From: Nitrosococcus oceani ATCC 19707
Lineage (GTDB): Bacteria; Pseudomonadota; Gammaproteobacteria; Nitrosococcales; Nitrosococcaceae
Reading direction: 5' to 3'
Assembly (NCBI RefSeq): GCF_000012805.1
Contig: NC_007484.1
Span: 1,980,001 to 2,012,000, forward strand
Length of the DNA: 32,000 bases
The position numbers were made by a program, and so were the translations under genes. Every line of letters begins with the position of its first letter. Within the stretch, counting starts at the first letter, position 1. Positions 1 to 6,592 of the stretch are shown here, in pieces. The notes under the pieces are model-generated. The model ran no database searches. It saw only the letters and a list, made by a program, of their open reading frames with translations, and was not told the DNA's origin.

Positions 1-36
1 GAAATAACCCCTAGACAAGATAGAGTCGGTAGATAC

Positions 37-834
37 TCAATCTAAAAGGTTCGATGAAGAAGAGGAAGCGCTTCTTCCTCCAAGAAATTCTAAAACCACA
101 TTGATAAATACTTCCGGTGCATCGGCCTGCACCCAGTGCCCCGTATCGGGAATAGAAATAACTTCCGCGGCGGGAAACAGCGTTTTAAGCTCTTGTTCAT
201 CGCTTTTTTGCAGGTAATCAGAGCATTCTCCTTTTACAAATAAGGTAGGCTGAGAATATGATTCCGTCCCATGCACAGCAGCACAGATGGCATGATAATT
301 CTGGCGTAAGCCCTCTAAATTAATACGCCAACGGTACCCCTTTTTCGCTTTATCCAAATTCATCAGCAGAAACTGCCGCAAAGCGGCATTAGGGAGCGAC
401 CTTGCCAAGGCCCTATCGACCTCCCGGCGGCTCCCATAAACAGAAAGATTTAATTCCCCGAGGGCTTCAAAAATAAAGAGATGCTCTGGAGGATAGAACC
501 GCGGCGCAATATCTACTACCACAAGCCGAGTGATCCGCTCCGGAAAATCCAAAGCACACTGCATCGCCACCTTGCCGCCTAGAGAATGACCCAGCAGAGC
601 AGCCGCGCCGACTCCTTGCTGATCCATAAAATGAGCTAGATCTCTTGCCAAAGCAGGATAACTAAACATTTTTTTATGGGGCGAACGACCATGGTTAGGA
701 AGATCCACAGTAGTCACTTGAAATTGGCGGGCGAACTTAGGAACTAAGCTCCGCCAATTATCCATAGAACCGAATAAACCATGCAAGATGATAAGAGAGG
801 GGCCTTTACCCTGAGTCCGGGAATAAAGCTGCAT
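37..834 (-). CDS. alpha/beta-fold hydrolase (YbfF/BioH-like esterase)
   Basis: 265-aa ORF with an ATG at 834. It has an HG oxyanion motif (ILHGLFGS), a GHSLGG nucleophile elbow and a C-terminal DTGHW histidine, as expected for an alpha/beta-hydrolase triad. Confidence 0.8.
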   Translation of the reverse strand: MQLYSRTQGKGPSLIILHGLFGSMDNWRSLVPKFARQFQVTTVDLPNHGRSPHKKMFSYPALARDLAHFMDQQGVGAAALLGHSLGGKVAMQCALDFPERITRLVVVDIAPRFYPPEHLFIFEALGELNLSVYGSRREVDRALARSLPNAALRQFLLMNLDKAKKGYRWRINLEGLRQNYHAICAAVHGTESYSQPTLFVKGECSDYLQKSDEQELKTLFPAAEVISIPDTGHWVQADAPEVFINVVLEFLGGRSASSSSSNLLD

Positions 835-876
835 AAGAATTGCTGTTACATAGGAATAGAATATTATATGCTTTCT

Positions 877-908
877 TAATAAGAGAACGCTAGCGTTTCT
901 CCTATTAA
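877..908. promoter_or_regulatory. imperfect palindrome in divergent promoter region (possible operator)
   Basis: ttaataagagaacgcta / tagcgtttctcctattaa form a near-palindrome centred on gctagc. It lies between the esterase start (834, -) and the small membrane gene (1112, +). Confidence 0.2.
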
Positions 909-1111
909 AAGGCGCGGTTTACCGTTTTTCTTCTCATTTTTAGCGGACCTTTGTATATTAAAGAGCAAAGATACCGCTACGGAGGCCATCTGCTATGGCA
1001 TGACTTCAAATTATGCATGATTTAAATCCCACAAATCTTACCCCTTCTCCGGTGAATGGCTTAATTCAGAGGTTCCCTCGATTTAACATGAATATTAAAT
1101 AATAAACTCAA

Positions 1112-1399
1112 ATGCTAAATTCACTCCCTTCCGACATCCTCTTCTATGTCTTGATTGTTTTTGTTCTTGGTACGGTCATTGGAATTTTCTCGGGCCGTTT
1201 TTTATGGAGCTTTGTGATACCGCCGCTTATTGCCGCTTTTTTATTTGGCTTGGAAGCGGGCAGCCTGGTGGCGCTTGCCTACGCCCTATTTATGATTATG
1301 ACTCCGCCCATAGTCATAGCTTCAGGGGTAGGCGCTTTGCTGGGTATTACTCTGTTTAAAAAGTTTCGGCGCCAGCGAGGAAATAAAGATGACCTTTAA
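1112..1399 (+). CDS. small integral membrane protein, unknown function (paralog 1)
   Basis: 95 aa with about 3 hydrophobic segments and a basic C-terminal tail. It shares GRFLW-F-IPPL and ASGVG-LLG motifs with the next ORF. No clear SD sequence. Confidence 0.6.
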   Translation: MLNSLPSDILFYVLIVFVLGTVIGIFSGRFLWSFVIPPLIAAFLFGLEAGSLVALAYALFMIMTPPIVIASGVGALLGITLFKKFRRQRGNKDDL

Positions 1400-1652
1400 T
1401 ATACTCATGATGGTAAGTTTCGTGATCAGCCTCATGATCACCTATATTTTTGGCCGTTTTTTATGGGGTTTTTTCATACCACCTCTGGCTATTATTCTCT
1501 TTTTTCTGGGCCTAGGAATTTACCATGAAGCGCCCGGCGCTGGGCTAGGTATGGGAATCGGTATGGCTTACTACATCGGATTAGCTTCAGGAGTGGGCAC
1601 ACTGCTGGGTGTTGCGATTAAAAAGTGGTTTTGGACCAGGCGGAAAAACTAA
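1389..1652 (+). CDS. small integral membrane protein, unknown function (paralog 2)
   Basis: 87 aa with a gagga SD about 9 nt upstream. It overlaps the previous ORF by 11 nt, which suggests translational coupling. Same conserved motifs and basic tail as paralog 1. Confidence 0.65.
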   Translation: MTFNILMMVSFVISLMITYIFGRFLWGFFIPPLAIILFFLGLGIYHEAPGAGLGMGIGMAYYIGLASGVGTLLGVAIKKWFWTRRKN

Positions 1653-1732
1653 GGATAAAGATAAACCCTAGCAGGATTATCCCCTAGCCGGGAATTAGAA
1701 AAACTATCGTTTCACCCAACCCTTTCGTTTTT

Positions 1733-1769
1733 GAACCCGCATCCATACCGTTGGTATGGATGCGGGTTC
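1733..1769. terminator. perfect 17-bp stem hairpin between convergent genes
   Basis: gaacccgcatccatacc-gtt-ggtatggatgcgggttc. It sits between the stop at 1652 (+) and the stop at 1786 (-). The U-tract is weak (atcaatttta on +). Confidence 0.55.
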
Positions 1770-1785
1770 ATCAATTTTACTCTCC

Positions 1786-3708
1786 CTAGAACAAAGGTGT
1801 GAGAATATCCCGGGCCTCGATCAGCTTGTCATAGACCCGAGTCTGGTCATCGCAGTTCATAATCCAATCTTCCTTCTCAAGATCGCCCAAAGGATCAGGC
1901 GCTCCACGCAGCGCACAACCGTCGTTCCCTCTAATGAGTTTCTCCACGAAAAACAGGACCCCCTCGCGCTGGCTCTCATCGGCAGCCTTGGACATCTTAT
2001 TGTTAATCTTATCCAGGCTTTCCGGCCCGCTGAAACTTTCCGCTGGCAGGTCCGAAACGATATTGCTGACTTCCATCAGCATCGATTGGGCAATATCCGT
2101 GGCGCTCGTGCCAAAGACCACATAGCTCGTACCCGAACGGTAGGCTCCGATGATGAAATCATCAGCACCATCGCCATCCACATCCCCCGCTCCGCTTACC
2201 GAGAAGCCGGACGCTTCACCAGCATTCGCGCCATTAATCACAAAGCCATTGTTCCCGTCCAAATCCGCCAGTTCCAGGCTGGTGCCGAAACCAACGCTGT
2301 TTCCAAACACCACGTAGCTGGCGCCCGAAAAATTGCCGTTAGGCGCGGCGCCCGGAGCGCCAATGAGGAAATCGTTAAGGCCGTCGCCACTAACATCCCC
2401 CACCCCGCTCACCGAAATGCCCGATGCGTCGCGGGGATTAGCGCCAACAATGGCAAAGCCGTTGCTTCCATTCAGACTCGACAACTCCAGGCTAGGAGCA
2501 AAACCGCTGCGGCTTCCAAATACTACATAGCTCGCGCCTGAGGCCCTACCATTAGGGCCAGCGCCATAGGCGCCGACAATCAGATCGCCCAGACCATCGC
2601 CGTTGATATCCCCCATCCCGCTCACCGAAATGCCGGCGTTGTCAAAGATATCAACGCCGTTAATAGCAAAGCCGTTGTTCCCGTTTAGGTTCAATAACTC
2701 CAGGCTAGGAGCAAAACCCCTGCGGCTTCCAAACACCACATAGCCCGCGCCCGAGGTGCCGCTGTTAGTATAGGCGTCAGGGGCCCCCACAATGAGATCA
2801 TCGATCCCGTCGCCATTGACATCTCCCGCCCCACTCACCGAAATACCGGCACTATCAAAGGCGCCAACACCATTAATAGCAAAGCCGTTGCTTCCATCCA
2901 AACCCGACAATTCCAGGCTAGGACCAAAACCACCGCTACTTCCAAAGACCACATAGCCCGCGCCCGAGCCGCTGCCGTTAGGGCTGGCGCCGTAGGCGCC
3001 CATAATAAGATCACTCAGGCCATCGCCATTGACATCCCCTGCCCCACTCACCGAAATACCGGCGTTCTCAAAAGCCCCGGCGCCATTGATCGCAAAACCA
3101 TTACTCCCATCCAAGCTCGACAGTTCCAGACTAGGGCCAAAACCACCGCTACTTCCAAAAACCACATAGCCCGCGCCCGAACCGCTGCCGTTAGAATCGA
3201 CTCCAGGGGCCCCCACAATGAGATCATCGATCCCATCCCCATTGACATCTCCCACTCCGCTCACCGCAATGCCGGCATTGTCAAAAGCGCCAACGCCCTT
3301 GATCGCAAAACCGTTACTTCCATCCAGGCTCGACAGTTCCAGACTAGGGCCCAAACCACCGCTACTCCCAAAGACTACGTAGCTGGCGCCCGAAAAACCG
3401 TTGCCGGAATCAGCGCCAGGAATCCCGATGATGAGATCATCGATCCCATCGCCATTGACATCTCCCACTCCGCTCACCGCAATACCGGGTGAGCTATTCA
3501 GACTGGCGCCATGGATAACGAAGCCATTGTGTCCGTCCAAATCTGACAACGTCAGAGTCTGGGCCTGAACGCCCATACTCAGCCCGGCGATCAGTACGCC
3601 TCCCGCCCAAAAGCTGGCATGGCGTGGCGTCAGCGCCTGGCGAACAGCCAAGCTCAGTGCGTGGGGTTGGGGAAAGGAGGAAATTCGAGAAGATCTGTTA
3701 CAGGTCAT
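1786..3708 (-). CDS. secreted FG-GAP repeat (integrin-alpha-like seven-blade beta-propeller) protein with unassigned 106-aa C-terminal domain
   Basis: 640 aa with an aggaga SD before the ATG at 3708. The N-terminal hydrophobic signal ends ...GVQAQ. There are seven repeats, each with NGF-I-G, a GDVNGDGxxD Ca-binding-like loop and YVVFG. Confidence 0.85.
   Translation of the reverse strand: MTCNRSSRISSFPQPHALSLAVRQALTPRHASFWAGGVLIAGLSMGVQAQTLTLSDLDGHNGFVIHGASLNSSPGIAVSGVGDVNGDGIDDLIIGIPGADSGNGFSGASYVVFGSSGGLGPSLELSSLDGSNGFAIKGVGAFDNAGIAVSGVGDVNGDGIDDLIVGAPGVDSNGSGSGAGYVVFGSSGGFGPSLELSSLDGSNGFAINGAGAFENAGISVSGAGDVNGDGLSDLIMGAYGASPNGSGSGAGYVVFGSSGGFGPSLELSGLDGSNGFAINGVGAFDSAGISVSGAGDVNGDGIDDLIVGAPDAYTNSGTSGAGYVVFGSRRGFAPSLELLNLNGNNGFAINGVDIFDNAGISVSGMGDINGDGLGDLIVGAYGAGPNGRASGASYVVFGSRSGFAPSLELSSLNGSNGFAIVGANPRDASGISVSGVGDVSGDGLNDFLIGAPGAAPNGNFSGASYVVFGNSVGFGTSLELADLDGNNGFVINGANAGEASGFSVSGAGDVDGDGADDFIIGAYRSGTSYVVFGTSATDIAQSMLMEVSNIVSDLPAESFSGPESLDKINNKMSKAADESQREGVLFFVEKLIRGNDGCALRGAPDPLGDLEKEDWIMNCDDQTRVYDKLIEARDILTPLF
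2107..3555 (-). repeat. intragenic tandem repeats (7 units of about 200-213 nt) encoding the FG-GAP blades
   Basis: Strings such as gccattgacatctccc..ctcaccg.aat and ttccaggctagg..caaaaccaccgctacttccaaa recur with about a 210-nt period. Central units look roughly 80-90% identical by eye. Confidence 0.8.
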
Positions 3709-4214
3709 ATAGATTCTCCTGTTTTAGTATTATTAATGATTAAACAGAGACACCATCAGACAGACGGCAAAGACCTCACTGTCCGCTAATTCCGTCTAGT
3801 CTGACCTTCCCCGCCTGCCTGCTGTAGGCAGATCAGTCCGGCGGTTAAGCTGTTTTTTTGCAGCACCCGCATCAGGATGCGCTCTGATCCTAAAACATTT
3901 TCTCAACGGTGTCAGATTAAATCGCTGGCCGGCTGAAAAAGTCCTTTAACCTGGCGGGACGATCACGCTAGCGCCTTTCTCCCCAAAGCGGCCAGCCATT
4001 GTGGTTCCCTCTCCCTCCTCGCCGTGCCATGCCCAGGAAAAAAACTTATACGTTTTGATAGGATTGCTATCACAATTGCTCTAAAATAATCCCGCGCCGG
4101 GAAGCGGGCTCAATCCCCCTCCCGGCGTATTTAGGATAGCAAACCTGGGCCAAAAGGATCGGGCTATAAGGGGCGCTTTAGACACATTATCATGAACAGG
4201 AATAACGACTAGAG

Positions 4215-4925
4215 ATGAACAACAAACAAGCCATCGTTGCCTTCTTCGCAACCGTGGGATTCATCGGGCTCATGACGGAGGTTCGCGCCGAGGTGGTCAC
4301 GGGCTCGGAAAAAAGCGTCAGTTTCGAGGCCGCCACCATCACCGGCTCTGGGCGGCGGGTGAATATTCACCGGGTGCCCATTACCGATGTGTTCACCGGC
4401 AAAACCAACTATTACGATCTGGTGCTGGAATACAAACCCAAGGGCCGCAAGAATCAGTGGGAAACCCCCGGGGATTTCAAATTCCGCATCGCCGAATGGC
4501 GCAAATTTCAGTTCCCCAACATCCCGGTCACCCAAATCGTGCCAGGCCGCTATCAAAGCCAGTCGCGTAGTAGCTGTACTTATCTTCTAGAAGGGCCGAC
4601 ATTAATTCAAGACCGCTGGTTATATACCCTCAAGGCAGAAAACTATGGATTCTCAGCTCAAATTATCAGCGGCCCGGCTACGGGCCATCCGGATCTGGGC
4701 GAGCGGGACATCGCTGATTTTCTGCCCACCACCTATGTGTGGGGCATGGTTATCACTGAAATGGGTAACTACTGTGGTGCCATTACACACCAGTGGGATC
4801 ACGGCAATATCGTCGGACTTAGACGAAATGGCAATAATTTATCTGTTGGCTTGTTCAGCAGCGGCGAAGACGATTTCACCACGCCCCTGGCATCCGAAAA
4901 TCTTACTTTGATTGAGGATGAGTAA
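4215..4925 (+). CDS. hypothetical secreted protein
   Basis: 236 aa with a clear signal peptide (MNNKQAIVAFFATVGFIGLMTEVRA/EV). No motif I recognise. It is divergent from the FG-GAP gene. Confidence 0.65.
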   Translation: MNNKQAIVAFFATVGFIGLMTEVRAEVVTGSEKSVSFEAATITGSGRRVNIHRVPITDVFTGKTNYYDLVLEYKPKGRKNQWETPGDFKFRIAEWRKFQFPNIPVTQIVPGRYQSQSRSSCTYLLEGPTLIQDRWLYTLKAENYGFSAQIISGPATGHPDLGERDIADFLPTTYVWGMVITEMGNYCGAITHQWDHGNIVGLRRNGNNLSVGLFSSGEDDFTTPLASENLTLIEDE

Positions 4926-4951
4926 CGGAAGGCTGGCATCACAATGACAAC

Positions 4952-4971
4952 GCCGCCGTGCAAGCGGCGGC
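4952..4971 (+). terminator. GC-rich hairpin downstream of the 4215-4925 gene
   Basis: gccgccg-tgcaa-gcggcggc starts 27 nt after the stop and is followed by atcctttgt (poor U-tract). Confidence 0.35.
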
Positions 4972-4978
4972 ATCCTTT

Positions 4979-5055
4979 GTAGGGCGGGAAAGCGCAGCGC
5001 ATCCCGCCATGGATAAACCGCCTTCGGCGGGATGCGCTGCGCTTTCCCGCCCTAC
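4979..5055. repeat. REP doublet / REPIN-like element (two inverted 30-nt REP units, 17-nt spacer)
   Basis: Left arm gtagggcgggaaagcgcagcgcatcccgcc (4979-5008) is the exact reverse complement of the right arm (5026-5055). Each arm begins with GTAG and carries its own ggcggga/tcccgcc stem. The element sits exactly between convergent stops (4925 and 5057). Confidence 0.7.
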
Positions 5056-5056
5056 C

Positions 5057-6205
5057 CTAAGGTGCCCTCTCCGCCGGATCAACCGAACCGGAGGGGGGCA
5101 GGGAAGCATAATACCGGGCCACATCCTCCCTTTGCTGCTGGCTCAACCGGTGGGCGATGGGGTCCATGAGGTGAATGTAGGGGGTTCCGCCCCGCTTTTC
5201 CTCCGCCAAAAGTTCAAGCTGCAAAATAATATACTCGGCGTACTGACCGGCCAGGAGGGGGTAGTCGGGATTGCGGGGAATACCGCTAGGACCGTGGCAA
5301 TCGGCGCAGGAGGCGATCCGCTGGTTACCCTCCTTGGCAATGGCCTCACCCCGCTCAATGGCCGCGCTTTCCCCAGGTTGGGGCAAGGGCGGCTGATAGG
5401 GGGTTAACCCGCCGTAGTAACGGGCAAGGGCTTTTATTTCTTCTGGATTCAATTCCGCGGCGATAGGTTCCATCATCCCGCTATGGCGTTCTCCTTGCCC
5501 GTAAGCCTCCAGGGAGGCATACAGATAGGCCGCATTTTGCCCCGCCAGACGGGGAAACGCCCCCACTCCGCGCCCCAGGCCCTCCACGCCGTGACAACGG
5601 CCGCAACTTTTCGCCACCGCCGGCGGCGCCTCTTCTGCCTCCGGGGAAGCCGGAATCTCCCCCCAAACCAGTTTTTCGTATTCCTCTCCATCCATTTCTG
5701 GCAATACCCGCAGGAACGCCACCATGGCCCACACCTCATCGTCCCGCTGGAGGGCTGGCCAAGCGGGCATCCCGGTGAATTTAACGCCGTGCTTGATGAT
5801 ATAAAATAGTTCCCGGTCCTCCCATTTAGAAACGGTTTCAGGCAAATAAGGCGGTGGGGGGGTCATCTGCTGGGCAATGGGAGGATGGTGCAAGCGTGGA
5901 CTGCCATGGCAGAAGCGGCAATCGGTTTCATAATGACCCGCCCCCCGCAATATCAGGTGAGTCTTGGCCAGCGCCGGCGCCTGGATATTCAAGCTATGGG
6001 TCGCCACGGAGCGCTCCATGGCAAAGTGAAGCAGAAAATCGGTAATGGCCCAGTGGCCGGAGCTGGCCTTGATAGGAATAATGCCGGCAACCGCTATCAG
6101 CAATCCTCCCAGGGCAAGCACTACCAGAAAAACAGCGATTATGGGCCATTGCCGACGCCAATCGAGGCTTTTCAGGCGAGCAATAACGGTACGCAATCGC
6201 CCCAT
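5057..6205 (-). CDS. membrane-anchored tri-haem c-type cytochrome
   Basis: Three CxxCH sites (CRFCH, CGRCH, CADCH) and an N-terminal TM helix (WPIIAVFLVVLALGGLLIAVAGII). The two C-terminal modules resemble cytochrome c4 (FPRLAGQ, YPLLAGQ). I moved the start to the ATG at 6205, which overlaps the upstream stop as TGATG. The longer 497-aa ORF overlaps the neighbouring gene. Confidence 0.8.
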   Translation of the reverse strand: MGRLRTVIARLKSLDWRRQWPIIAVFLVVLALGGLLIAVAGIIPIKASSGHWAITDFLLHFAMERSVATHSLNIQAPALAKTHLILRGAGHYETDCRFCHGSPRLHHPPIAQQMTPPPPYLPETVSKWEDRELFYIIKHGVKFTGMPAWPALQRDDEVWAMVAFLRVLPEMDGEEYEKLVWGEIPASPEAEEAPPAVAKSCGRCHGVEGLGRGVGAFPRLAGQNAAYLYASLEAYGQGERHSGMMEPIAAELNPEEIKALARYYGGLTPYQPPLPQPGESAAIERGEAIAKEGNQRIASCADCHGPSGIPRNPDYPLLAGQYAEYIILQLELLAEEKRGGTPYIHLMDPIAHRLSQQQREDVARYYASLPPSGSVDPAERAP

Positions 6206-6582
6206 CAATGGCAGGTACCCATAAAGACGGCCACCAGGGCCACGTAGACAACGCTGACGCCACTCAGCCCTGAGAGCAGCAGTGCGGCAAAGCCCAAAAA
6301 GCGGTGGCGATCCTCCGGGGTGTCGAAATCGTGGGGCGCGGTGGCGGTTCCATAACGATGCCGGCGGAAAGCGTGCCAGCCAGTGACGCCAATCCCCAGC
6401 AGGGCAAGGGCCGTATAAACCGCGATGGCTAGCCGGGCATTGCCCAGGGAGCCATAACGGCCCGCTACCTTGGCACACCAGATGGCGCTCGTGAGATAAC
6501 ACAGCAAAAAGTGAATAGTCCAAATCGTCGGGGAAAGGATCAGCAGCCACAAACTTTCATTTTTCTCCGGCAAATGGCTCAT
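6205..6582 (-). CDS. small integral membrane protein, putative oxidase subunit IV-like
   Basis: 125 aa from the ATG at 6582, with a gaggag SD 6-7 nt upstream. The ORF track starts at a TTG at 6600. It has 3-4 hydrophobic helices and is wedged between coxI/III and the cytochrome c gene with overlapping stop/start. Confidence 0.6.
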   Translation of the reverse strand: MSHLPEKNESLWLLILSPTIWTIHFLLCYLTSAIWCAKVAGRYGSLGNARLAIAVYTALALLGIGVTGWHAFRRHRYGTATAPHDFDTPEDRHRFLGFAALLLSGLSGVSVVYVALVAVFMGTCH

Positions 6583-6592
6583 AGCCCGCTCC

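Noticed and set aside
1756-2541. 261-aa ORF on + strand (plus smaller ones at 1934-2125, 2333-2530 and 3048-3248)
   Set aside because: These lie antisense or out of frame within the repetitive, GC-rich FG-GAP gene. Their products are low-complexity Arg/Ala/Ser sequence without motifs, which is typical of shadow ORFs.
3861-3890. Possible second REP copy (ggatgcgct shared with the 4979-5055 element)
   Set aside because: Only 9 nt match. There is no GTAG head and no matching stem.
5057-6550. 497-aa version of the cytochrome c ORF
   Set aside because: Its first 115 codons overlap the 125-aa membrane-protein gene in another frame and look non-protein-like (Pro/Arg/Gly/Trp-rich). The ATG at 6205 gives a TM anchor right away and a TGATG coupling overlap.
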